Source: Macrostomum lignano
Taxonomy: Eukaryota
Direction of reading: 5' to 3'
DNA: 64,000 nucleotides
Assembly: GCA_002269645.1 (NCBI GenBank)
Contig: NIVC01000225.1
Span: forward strand, 412,416-476,415
The notes under the pieces were generated by a model. It had not been told where the DNA came from. It saw only the letters and a program-made list of their open reading frames with translations, and made no database searches. The position numbers were made by a program, and so were the translations under genes. Positions 11,715 to 23,400 of this stretch are shown in pieces (position 1 is the stretch's first letter; each line of letters starts with the position of its first letter).

Positions 11715-14091
11715 TCAACAGTCGCCTTGGTCAGGCTGTTGCTCTGAAGGAGAAATTTGGTTCAAGCTGGGCAATGGTGGAAAGATCAGACGGCTTAAAA
11801 TTTATTAATAAGGTTCACTGCTGCTTGTCAAGTTCTTACCCTGCTCCTCGTTAGACTTCTTCGTGCGTCTTTGGCGCGTCTTCTTGCCCTCTCTGCTACG
11901 GGATCCAGCGCCACCTGTTTGAAGAAAAGTATAGATAGACTCGCTTTAAAAGGAATTATGCATGTTACATTATGGACCTATTTTTTGCTTAAATCGAACA
12001 AATTTAGTAGGCTGTCGCGGTATGGGTAAACACTTTTCTCCCGTACCTGATCTGATTACGTTACCAACGAGAAGGGCATGCTTGTGGGATGTCCTTTTTG
12101 ATACAAGTTACTTGTAGTTTAATCAAAAGCGGAATATTTCCTGGCTAATACCAGATTTTTTAACCGCACACACAAAGATACGAGGATTAAATTGCCAAGT
12201 ATGGCTGTACGGATGAATATCAACTTCTAACAGTAGTTTTTATGGCTTCTCACTAGCAGATGCTATGAAGCATGCCACAGTCGCTAACCATAGAAGTTTT
12301 CTCACTTTGCCCACTTACCTGTCGAACGCAAATTGGTTCCATTCTTGCCAAGAGGATTGCCACTGTGGGCAACGCCTAGGAACTGGTAGCTTAAACTCCA
12401 GCGTCGATAGTTTTTGGAAGTAATGCCACTTTGCCGACTGCCCGAGTAGGACCCGCGACCCGGAAGCACACGAAGGCGAAGATATTTGGTTTGGCCAACT
12501 TTCAGCAGACCGTCGTGCACAGCTGCCATGCCCAAAGTCGAGTCGCCGGTGTAAATGTCCGTCCCCCAGAGTTTGCCACTGGCGGTGCCAGTGATGAGAA
12601 GGTCGAAGCAAGTCCCGACCATCCGACGGTAGGCTTGCATATTCACCGGCGTGCGACGCAAGCGAGAGCAACCTATGGCGAGAAAAGTTGTTGAGAAAAA
12701 ATGCTTACTTAGCGGCTACATAAAAAATTAGACAACGTGCGATATAAGTTTCATTCAGATAATCATTCATTTATCTGAACCCAAAAAGCGTTCACAAAAT
12801 TACTGAATTCAAAGTTCCACTGCACCACTGCAGTGATTTCCACTGCACCATTTCTCCTCAAAAGATGTTTCTTTTGAACATCTGCTTGAATGTTCAAATG
12901 TCTGCTCTATGAATGTTCAATGTCTGCTCTAAATCTTTGTAGATTCAATCAACGAAGTAAGCTACAAGCGTATATAATTCAAATGAGGACTTTACCTATA
13001 GTTACCTTAAACCAGTATGTAAAGGAGTGACAACGCCTCGCGTTATGACACTGGTATAAACTACGAGCTAATGACTCTTTCCCAGTAAACTATCGATCAA
13101 TTCATTAAAAAGGAACTATACCGATTAAAATAATGCTTACCATCCCGACCAAGCATAGGCCTATAAAACGCTCGTCTAATTTTGCCACCTTTCGAAACGA
13201 CGCGCTTCGTAGTGGTCCTCTTGTGCGTCTTGCTTCGTACGCGGGTAGAGCTAGAGCTTCCAGAGACTCCAACAAATTTGTAGCTGAGTTTCCAGCGGCC
13301 ATATTTCTTTGTTCGGACGCCGTGTCGCGTGCTTCCTCTGTACGAGTTGCGACCCGCCAGCAGCCGGACACGCACGTAGCCAGTTTGTCCTACCCGCAGG
13401 AGACCCGCGTGTACAGCAGCCGTGCCGATTCTCGAGTCGGACGTGTAGATATCGGTGCCCCAAATGCGTCCGGACGTGCCTCCTGTGACTCGGAGCTCGT
13501 AACACTTGCCGATGCTTTTCTTGCTCTTTGGAAGCGATTTGACGCGCCTGCATCTTCCTGCAAAGCGTCACAAATTATTGTTTAGATCTGTACACAACGA
13601 GTGGCTTCGGTTCCTAGTATAAAACATACGCCGTGCACTGTCATTAAACGATGCTCTATGTTAAAGCGTGATACGGCCTACACTTATCTAACCGGAGGGT
13701 GAGAAACGCCCCTCCGCGATACCTTTAGAAACGATGCGCTTCGTAGTGGTCCTCTTGTGCGTCTTGCTTCGTACGCGGGTAGAGCTAGAGCTTCCAGAGA
13801 CTCCAACAAATTTGTAGCTGAGTTTCCAGCGGCCATATTTCTTTGTTCGGACGCCGTGTCGCGTGCTTCCTCTGTACGAGTTGCGACCCGCCAGCAGCCG
13901 GACACGCACGTAGCCAGTTTGTCCTACCCGCAGGAGACCCGCGTGTACAGCAGCCGTGCCGATTCTCGAGTCGGACGTGTAGATATCGGTGCCCCAAATG
14001 CGTCCGGACGTGCCTCCTGTGACTCGGAGCTCGTAACACTTGCCGATGCTTTTCTTGCTCTTTGGAAGCGATTTGACGCGCCTGCATCCTC
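11715..14091 (-). CDS. Multi-LCCL-domain protein (3 LCCL exons, K/R-rich); exons 14091-13723, 13557-13141 (or -13189), 12672-12319, 11914-11840, 11743-11715; 5' end not found
   Basis: LCCL signatures: VTGGTSGRIWGTDIYTSDSRIGTAAVHAG...SYRGSTRHGVRTKKYGRW..SYKF (two copies) and ITGTASGKLWGTDIYTGDSTLGMAAVHDG...SYSGSRQSGITSKNYRRW..SYQF. All junctions are phase 1 with AG/GT; the last two small exons are less certain. Confidence 0.8.
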
Positions 14092-14174
14092 CTGCAAAGC
14101 GTCACAAATTATTGTTTAGATCTGTACACAACGAGTGGCTTCGGTTCCTAGTATAAAACACACGCCGTGCACTG
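13190..14174. repeat. Near-identical direct duplication (13190-13640 vs 13724-14174, offset 534 bp) covering one LCCL exon and its upstream intron
   Basis: Direct alignment by eye; only a few substitutions. Confidence 0.92.
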
Positions 14175-15363
14175 GTCAGTTGCCCAAAGGAATCGAAAAT
14201 CTGTGTCATGCTTACTTGTACGAAACATGGACAGCGTCTGTGCCCTTTACCATTTCTGTTGGCTGTATCTGGCAGTGCAGCTCTTGTTCCACATGTGTGT
14301 CAAAATAACACATGTGTGATTGTGAAGCCTTCTCCCAGCCTTTAAAGTTGGGAGTAGGCTAGAAATCTGGTGATGATTACTAACGAGAGTTCTAAGGCTT
14401 TGCAGGGCAGAGACTGGTAGAGGTTGAGGAAAGGCGGGTGCTCAAGCAGTTAGCAGTTAAAAAATGTGTGCATAGCTGAATTTTTCTGCATCTGAATGCA
14501 TATTAATTTGGATTTGTGATGTAACCACGCTCTGGTCGCGGGATAGGGCATGGGAACTTTTTCGAAAGTGCCTCCTATCCCGTGCACCCTCTGCACAGAG
14601 CTGTCGAGACTCGGCCAGGTCTCCGACCGGGCCTGGAGACTCCCGCTCTGCTGCACCCCTCCTGCTGCCTTGGTCCCGTCTCTCCTGCCGCCACACCTGC
14701 CTTTCCGGAGCCCCCTACCCCTTTCTGTACCTCCCCCTCTACCCTATCTCTTCTGTTTCCGCCCTATTCTTCCTGTACTTTCTCTATCTCCTCTCTTTTT
14801 TTGTCTCCCTCTGCACTCTTTTCCTGCGCTGTCCCCTCTTTCCCTGTGTCTACTTACAGTATTTTGTGTGCTCACCGTCTCCCCATACCCTCCCAAACTC
14901 CCAAACGGTGACGCAAGTCGTGTGACCCCTTCTTCCCCCCGATGACTCATCGATGACTCACCCCCCTCTCTTGCGCAACCTTTTCTCACGCCATGGTTCT
15001 CCTCCCCAAATTTCTCATGCGACACCCACCCCACCTCCGCTTCTATTGTTCTCGTTTTTGCTTTTGTTCTCTCGACCCCCACCAATTATCACATTTTCTC
15101 CGATTTTCTCTTTCTTTTGTTCTCGTTTTCGCACCTAATTATCACCTTTTCTCCAATGTTTACATTTCCATTGTTCTCGGTTTTCCCCAATTATCCCCGA
15201 TTTCCAATTCCTTTGTTCTCGACCCCAGCCCTATTGTTCTCAATGTTTGCTTGCGCAACACTTTCGCGACCACCCGCTGCGCCAATTATCCCCCCACCCC
15301 ACCTCCGGATTGCGCAATTTCCCTATTTCTCATGTTGCTATGCCGGTCTCATGCTTCTCATCA

Positions 15364-15454
15364 TGACTCATTCTGACGTCATTCTGCCGGCAGCCAATCA
15401 GAGAGAGGGAGCCATGGTAACGACCTTGAGGAGGCGGCTGTGAGGTCTATAAAA
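15364..15454 (+). promoter_or_regulatory. Pol II promoter cluster inside LTR-B: AP-1, CRE, CCAAT, TATA
   Basis: TGACTCA 15364-15370, TGACGTCA 15374-15381, CCAAT 15394-15398, TATAAAA 15448-15454; two more TGACTCA at ~14943 and ~14954; splice donor CCG|GTAAGT at ~15775. Confidence 0.55.
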
Positions 15455-16137
15455 GGAAGCGATTTCGGCATGAGAATCCTCAACCTTTTTTTCTCTCCTC
15501 GTCCTTCTTTGGACTTGCAGTCAGATTGAGTTCTGACCCATTCGTCTATAAGACGAATCCCTGCCGGTCCGCGTCTGTTACCGCCAAGTTATCCTTAGCT
15601 CCCCAAGTGAGCTCGCCTATCGGCCAGCGGTCTGATACCGCCCAGCATCATCAGCATCGCCTGATCTACATCAGCGCCTCGTCGCTCCAGCGCACCGCCG
15701 CTTCACTGTCTGCCTGACTGCAGCCTACAGCCGCCCTCGGTCACTCCGCCTCTCTCTCTCTCTGTGCAGCTGCCGGTAAGTTCCTGTTACTAATTTGTGC
15801 TCTAATTGCCTTTGCTTATCCGGGGTTTGCCTATTTTCCATTGTCTGATTAGAGAGCTGAGCCAATTGTGATACCGTATCTTTTGCTGTATTTTACTCAA
15901 TAGTGAAGCCGCCTAATTGCCTGATTATTCGCCTAAGGGCCTAATTATTAACTATTAACTAACTTCATCATTATTCAATCTTTCACCATCATTTCACTCA
16001 TGGCTTGCTAAGCCTTTCTCCCGGGGTGGCAAAGCATAAGGAAGTTTGGGTAAGCTAATGGCCTCTCCCCGTGCAAAGCCCGCCTGTGAGTGCGTGCTGC
16101 GGGGCCGCGTGTGCGTGCAGTAGAGGGATTAGCAGAA

Positions 16138-16335
16138 GTCTCGCTGGTGGCTGGTGCTTGGTTGCGAACTGGCAGGGCTGAGACGAAGTCTTGATGGCGC
16201 TGATCTAGTTGCGAGCCGGCAGTGCTGAGTAGGAGTCTCGGTGGTGCTTAGTTGCGAGCTGGCAGGGCTGAGTAGGAGTCTCGGTGGCGCTGATTTAGTT
16301 GCGAGCCGGCAGTGCTGAGTAGGAATCTCGGTGGG
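16138..16335 (-). repeat. Four 43-47 bp tandem leader repeats downstream of the PBS
   Basis: GTTGCGA at 16161, 16208, 16251 and 16298; units begin (minus strand) with the PBS core CCACCGAGA, which is degenerate in the distal units. Confidence 0.8.
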
Positions 16336-16342
16336 ACCTCCA
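16324..16342 (-). other. Primer-binding site complementary to the tRNA-Gln 3' end
   Basis: The plus strand AATCTCGGTGGGACCTCCA equals the 3' 19 nt (including CCA) of metazoan tRNA-Gln as I recall it; lies 6 nt from the LTR end. Confidence 0.85.
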
Positions 16343-16348
16343 AAATTA

Positions 16349-17161
16349 TGTCACGATGTTGGCGTAGCGGCTAGCTATGCTATGACCCTTAAAAGGGCCG
16401 TTTTAGTCCCAAAGTAAGTTGAAGTCAACTCTTGTAAAGCGGATTTGGTAGCGGAGCACTTGGCGATAAAGGCAGGAACTGCCGTAGTTGGTTTTATTGG
16501 TAGTATCAATATTAGGCTTGGTTAAAATTTATGTCAATAAACAAACTATAGCTTTCTGGGCACTGGCGGCTGCAACAATGGTTGAAGACAAGTTGGATAT
16601 GAAGTCAAGTGACAGACGAATGGTGCAATGGCGATGTAACGTGATGAGCAATGGCAATGAGCACAGTGAAGGCGGTGAGACGCAGTAGGCAGGCAGATGA
16701 GCAGTGGCGAGGTTGGCGTCAGCCGTGGCGTGAGATAAAGGAGGCTCGAGGCAGCCAGACAGAGAGAAGGAAAACAAGGCTAGACGAGGCTAGGCAAGCC
16801 AGACGGGACGGAGGACAAGCCTAGGGGAGAGAACACAGAACACAAGTGAAGCCCCCAGCCCGCCAGGCGAAGGTTAATAAAGAGCGCAAAAGGGGGTAGC
16901 GTAAACACGGAGAGTTTTCATTGGCTGGCGAGAGAACTTGAAATTATCGATCGTGCCAAAATTATACGGTCGCGAGAGAGGATAGCAAAATATACAGTGA
17001 ATTAGAAATTGCCACAAAATCGTTGGGCACTACTACAAGTAAACGTCGCAATAAACAAATGGAAAAGTTTAGTTGAAACGGTGAAACTGAAGGGTTGAAA
17101 CTATAGAGAAACAGCAGTCCAACGGCCCTTTTGCGGGACCACTTAAACTAGCAACGTCACA
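16349..17161 (-). mobile_element. 5' LTR of an LTR retrotransposon (family A), followed by PBS and leader
   Basis: TG..CA ends (TGTCACG / CGTCACA); homologous over its length to the solo LTR 50479-51321; on the minus strand CCAAT, a TATA-like TTTATTAA and AATAAA about 140 nt before the end; subterminal inverted repeat AAAAGGGCCGTT/AACGGCCCTTTT. Confidence 0.88.
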
Positions 17162-19000
17162 CCCGCCTGTGAGTGCGTGCTGCGGGGCCGCGTGTGCGTG
17201 CAGTAGAGGGATTAGCGAGTCTTGGCACAGAATGGCAGTAGGAAGGTTGCAACCCCATGCTGACGCGTCCCTTCGCCCTGAGTAATCTAAACTGTAGGCA
17301 GTACATGTTCGCCTCATACTACTCTTAGTAATCAAAGTCGCAAGTCAGCCTCGCTCACAGCCACAAAGGATCCCCTGCTGAGAAATCCTCCAGGATTGAG
17401 CCCAGAGTTCCCGATCATGCCCCAAGCAGAGTCCCTGTACTCGGCTGCATGCGTCTCCCCTGTTAGCCTAAATCCCCTGGTAGCCAATCCAGGCGGGGCT
17501 CTAGCCTCGAGAGGTCTGGTAGAAAGATCCAGGTGCGCCAGGTCACATAGAGTGGTGGCAGCCACTCGGTCATACCATGACCGAGTGACCAACTATTGCA
17601 CCTTGGCTACAGGTGGGGTCCATGTGGGTCCTTGGCCCTCTGGTCACGAAGCGCTACCAAAAGCTACTAATCATGTGGGCGGGACAGTCTGGTGCTGGAG
17701 GTCCGTCAGGTCGTTGCCCGGTCATAGGCAGCCTACGGTCATTGCCCCCTCTAGTCATGCGTTCGTCTCTCTACGGAGCGGGCAGGCGACAAGGGCGGTT
17801 ACATCATTTGGATTATAAATGGTAAGTCTGTGCAGCAGATATTCTACACTTACCTGACCCGGCGCTGTCGGTAACCGACTGGAAAAGGAAGAGACATGCG
17901 GCCAGCAGTACAGCTCTACTGACCAGTTGCATCTTGTTTCAACAGCCTATTTATGCTTATTTACCTCTGTTTTCTTGCCGGCCTACTGTAATAGAAGATT
18001 GTCTACTGTAGTAAATTTAAGTTTGGGTAGCCTTCCTGCGCTCCGCGCTTTAGTCACATATATTCTACTTGCAGAGAATTGTTTTTCATTATTGATTGAA
18101 GCTCCCCATAACCTCCGAAACCCTCCAGAAGGCTCTGGTTAGCCACCGAGCATAATTGTTTTCTATAAAGTTGAGCTCACCACACCAGTTATAGTAAAAG
18201 AGCCTCTTTCAAGAAACGTTCAGGATTCACCCCAACGCAATTTTTACGATCTGCTTATCTGCAGGTCCTGGGGATATTATTCATACAGTAATATGCATGA
18301 ATATTTTAACTATCGGTTAGACCAATACAGCGCCACTCTACCAAGCTGTAGCAGCCGAAGAGAGTTTATTGAGTTCGCTGCCGTTCAAAAAAATAGATGT
18401 CACTCTCGCCATGAAAGACCACCTGCTCCGGCGTTTTACTCATTCTTTTTTCCATAGTCTTTATATTTATTTAGGGTGACAATGTTGAAAGCAGGAATGA
18501 GAAATGAAAATTCTGACTATATTACGAGCCTCGTGTGCATGCGATATTAATATATACATATTGCATACATGCATATGCTACAGCACTTGATACGGCTTCG
18601 GTTTTAAAGATTTGTCATTCTGATTTCTGTTATTGTATTCAAGAGTCAAACAGCTTGTTGCCACGAGCAGGCACAAGCTTAAAATGCACGCAATTTGCCA
18701 GAGCCTCCAACAGTTAGTTGCCTATGGTTCAAAACCGACCAATCACAAGAAAGAATGGCCATAGACATTTCAACTGTCATCTGTTATAAAAACGAGCCCG
18801 GAAATTTGCCTTAATAGCAGAACTTTCCTGCAAAGACTTCTTCGACTACTCTTTGCAGTAATTATTATTGCGAAAGTATAATAATATAAACATAATAGTC
18901 CCATATTATGTAACAAACACAATAAGTTTCAATTAGAAATGTTAAAATTATGCTTTCGCACTGTAACGTGCAAGCGTGTTCCTAAACAGGAATTTATAAC

Positions 19001-19220
19001 AATTGATTACACCTGCCCTAGTTAGGCTGTACAGTACGAGGACTGGGGCGTCGCCACACACACCCTCAACTACCCCAGCTAATGCTGGCACCCATTTTAC
19101 AGCTGGGTGAACTGAAGCAATGTAGAGTTAAGTGTCTTGCTCAAGGACACAAGTTGTTCCGAGTGGGATCGGGAATCGAACCCCCGACCTTTCAGTCTAT
19201 AGAGTCCGACGCTCTAACGC
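19001..19220 (-). mobile_element. CORE-like tRNA-SINE, copy 2 (internally deleted)
   Basis: Minus strand: GGTTCGATTCC B-box, TGTGTCCTTGAGCAAGACACTTAACTCTACATTGCTTCAGTTCACCCAGCTGTAAAATGGG, 3' AGGGCAGGTGTAATCAATT; lacks about 60 bp present in copy 1. Confidence 0.82.
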
Positions 19221-20488
19221 TCTAAGGGATCGTTATAAGCTTACATTAACTACAATTCTATGTGGTTTTTCGCTAAAGTTCTGACCTCTGGCTAACAATG
19301 CGTGATTGAGTTTCTATTTAATAGTGAATTTAAACTATTCAGTAAATGAAATATGCGCATTTTCTACGCACACTTACTAATAGTAGTTCACGGAATATGC
19401 TGTCTGTTTTTGCAAAAATCAAGGTGAATATTTTTAAATACTAATTTTGGGTTTCACTTGTCCGAAAAAAATCAAACGAAATAAAAAAACTGACTGAAAA
19501 TTCTTTGCTTCAAAGATGGTTAGGATTACAACAAAATAATAATCACTGATTTGGGGCTATTTATTTGGTTAGAAAAGTACAACGGCAAACAAAGAATACA
19601 AAATAAAATTGAAAGCAGATAAAAATGTTAAATATTGAAACATTCAGTTTTTTGTTAAAATTGGCCAATTCATAAAATTGTTTTAACTCGAAACTTTTAG
19701 CGATAGAGTTTGCATCGCACGGAAAATCTCTCATTAATATAGAAGAAAATGCAGTGAGATTCGGCATTAAAATGATATGGTGATCGATGACTATGCTCAA
19801 CCTAATCCTTTTTAATCGCTAAACAGAATTCAGTTAAATAAGAGCAAGCATTGACAACCAATAGTTGGTAAACAAATGAAAGAACACAATAATACATACT
19901 ACAAAAAGCTCGTTTGAAAATGATCCAATATTAAGCTGTACAATTTAGATTGAATTATTTATTAATTCGAATACTAAAAGATTAAAAAATGAGCTCTAAT
20001 GAGAATTCTTTGTTCTTCTGACAATAAAGTACATTATAAATGAAAAATACTCAAAATAACACACAGTTTCTTTTTAAACTACTGAAACAGCAAAACCATA
20101 AGTAGTATAAGCAGACATTGTCTGTAAATTTCAATTTTAAACAAATAGTTATAACGATAACAAAATGCTTTTCGCTTACCAATAGAATTAAACAGACATC
20201 ATTTTGTTCCATGCTTCAGGTAATATCTCAGAACAGAATACAGTGAAAGCTAATAACTAACAAAGATCAGTTGATACAGAAGCACCAATTGAATAAATTT
20301 TAATGCCCCGTGCATAAAAAGTGCAAATAAGTTCGGGTGCCGAACCAGATTTTTTAAAGGAAACTTAAGTCGCCAAAAAGTTAGCCAAAGAGTCGCTAGA
20401 GTCACTATTGAGTTGTTTGCTAAGACTTTTTAGAGATTCTTGTCACGGTAACGGTTTCAACGGTCAAATGGATTAATTTAAATCCTTA

Positions 20489-23400
20489 TCAGTACAGCTC
20501 ATTGTCCGGTTCATTGAGGAACTCCTGCGACAAACGTCGGTGGCCCAAGTCGGAGCCAGCGCTGCTATCATCCCCATCATTACCGTCTGAATTGCCGTCC
20601 TGCAATAGAAAATTCTCGTCTCGATCCTCCGTATCGCTGCCGACAAGGAAAGTCGCACTTCTGCGGGTGGGAATACGTTTAAATAAGTAAATGCATGAGG
20701 AGAGTGCTTCAAGCTGTCATTAACCTGCAGTTTAGCTACAGGTGACTATTGGGGTAGACTATGGGGTAGGTCTTAACCTGCAGTTTACAAGTGACTATTG
20801 GGGTAGACTATGGGGTAGGTCATTAACCTGCAGTTTAGCTACAGGTGACTATTGGGGTAGACTATGGGGTAGGTCTTAACCTGCAGTTTACAGGTGACTA
20901 TTGGGGTAGACTATGGGGTAGGTCATTAACCTGCAGTTTAGCTACAGGTGACTCTTGGGGTAGACTATGGGGTAGGTTTTAACCTGCAGTTTAGCTACAA
21001 GTGACTATTGGGGTAGACTATGGGGTAGGACATTAACCTGCAGTTTAGCTACAAGTGACTATTGGGGTAGACTATGGGGTAGGACATTAACCTGCAGTTT
21101 AGCTACAAGTGACTATTGGGGTAGACTATGGGGTAGGACATTAACCTGCAGTTTAGCTACAAGTGACTATTGGGGTAGACTATGGGGTAGGTCATTAACC
21201 TGCAGTTTAGCTACAAGTGACTATTGGGGTAGACTATGGGGTAGGACATTAACCTGCAGTTTAGCTACAAGTGACTATTGGGGTAGACTATGGGGTAGGT
21301 CATTAACCTGCAGTTTAGCTACAAGTGACTATTGGGGTAGACTATGGGGTAGGTCATTAACCTGCAGTTTAGCTACAAGTGACTATTGGGGTAGACTATG
21401 GGGTAGGTCATTAACCTGCAGTTTAGCTACAAGTGACTATTGGGGTAGACTATGGGGTAGGACATTAACCTGCAGTTTAGCTACAAGTGACTATTGGGGT
21501 AGACTATGGGGTAGGACATTAACCTGCAGTTTAGCTACAAGTGACTATTGGGGTAGACTATGGGGTAGGACATTAACCTGCAGTTTAGCTACAAGTGACT
21601 ATTGGGGCAGACTATGGGGTAGGACATTAACCTGCAGTTTAGCTACAGGTGACTATTGGGGTAGACTATGGGGTAGGACATTAACCTGCAGTTTAGCTAC
21701 AAGTGACTATTGGGGTAGACTATGGGGTAGGTCATTAACCTGCAGTTTAGCTACAAGTGACTATTGGGGTAGACTATGGGGTAGGTCATTAACCTGCAGT
21801 TTAGCTACAAGTGACTATTGGGGTAGACTATGGGGTAGGACATTAACCTGCAGTTTAGCTACAAGTGACTATTGGGGTAGACTATGGGGTAGGTCATTAA
21901 CCTGCAGTTTAGCTACAAGTGACTATTGGGGTAGACTATGGGGTAGGACATTAACCTGCAGTTTAGCTACAAGTGACTATTGGGGCAGACTATGGGGTAG
22001 GACATTAACCTGCAGTTTAGCTACAGGTGACTATTGGGGTAGACTATGGGGTAGGACATTAACCTGCAGTTTAGCTACAAGTGACTATTGGGGTAGACTA
22101 TGGGGTAGGACATTAACCTGCAGTTTAGCTACAAGTGACTATTGGGGTAGACTATGGGGTAGGACATTAACCTGCAGTTTAGCTACAAGTGACTATTGGG
22201 GCAGACTATGGGGTAGGTCATTAACCTGCAGTTTAGCTACAAGTGACTATTGGGGCAGACTATGGGGTAGGACATTAACCTGCAGTTTAGCTACAAGTGA
22301 CTATTGGGGTAGACTATGGGGTAGGACATTAACCTGCAGTTTAGCTACAAGTGACTATTGGGGTAGACTATGGGGTAGGTCATTAACCTGCAGTTTAGCT
22401 ACAAGTGACTATTGGGGTAGACTATGGGGTAGGACATTAACCTGCAGTTTAGCTACAAGTGACTATTGGGGCAGACTATGGGGTAGGACATTAACCTGCA
22501 GTTTAGCTACAGGTGACTATTGGGGTAGACTATGGGGTAGGACATTAACCTGCAGTTTAGCTACAGGTGACTATTGGGGTAGACTATGGGGTAGGACATT
22601 AACCTGCAGTTTAGCTACAAGTGACTATTGGGGTAGACTATGGGGTAGGTCATTAACCTGCAGTTTAGCTACAAGTGACTATTGGGGTAGACTATGGGGT
22701 AGGACATTAACCTGCAGTTTAGCTACAAGTGACTATTGGGGTAGACTATGGGGTAGGACATTAACCTGCAGTTTAGCTACAAGTGACTATTGGGGTAGAC
22801 TATGGGGTAGGAAATTAACCTGCAGTTTAGCTACAAGTGACTATTGGGGTAGACTATGGGGTAGGACATTAACCTGCAGTTTAGCTACAAGTGACTATTG
22901 GGGTAGACTATGGGGTAGGTCATTAACCTGCAGTTTAGCTACAAGTGACTATTGGGGTAGACTATGGGGTAGGTCATTAACCTGCAGTTTAGCTACAAGT
23001 GACTATTGGGGTAGACTATGGGGTAGGACATTAACCTGCAGTTTAGCTACAAGTGACTATTGGGGTAGACTATGGGGTAGGTCATTAACCTGCAGTTTAG
23101 CTACAAGTGACTATTGGGGCAGACTATGGGGTAGGTCATTAACCTGCAGTTTAGCTACAAGTGACTATTGGGGTAGACTATGGGGTAGGACATTAACCTG
23201 CAGTTTAGCTACAGGTGACTATTGGGGTAGACTATGGGGTAGGACATTAACCTGCAGTTTAGCTACAGGTGACTATTGGGGTAGACTATGGGGTAGGTCA
23301 TTAACCTGCAGTTTAGCTACAAGTGACTATTGGGGTAGACTATGGGGTAGGACATTAACCTGCAGTTTAGCTACAGGTGACTCTTGGGGTAGACTATGGG

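Larger units (their letters stand above)
14517..17806 (+). mobile_element. Large solo-LTR-like element (family B) with a nested insertion
   Basis: Ends TGATGTAACC...GGTTACATCA (10-bp inverted termini, TG..CA), flanked by TTTG at 14513-14516 and 17807-17810 (4-bp TSD); internal promoter motifs; no gag/pol ORF. Confidence 0.65.

Noticed and set aside
14214-14290. Candidate upstream LCCL exon
   Set aside because: The strong donor (CAA|GTAAGC) gives the wrong phase or an in-frame stop; the alternative donor is weak, and no start codon or signal peptide was found.
14450-17825. gag/pol or other coding ORFs in the LTR complex
   Set aside because: The ORFs are short and low-complexity, with no RT, integrase, protease or zinc-knuckle motifs.
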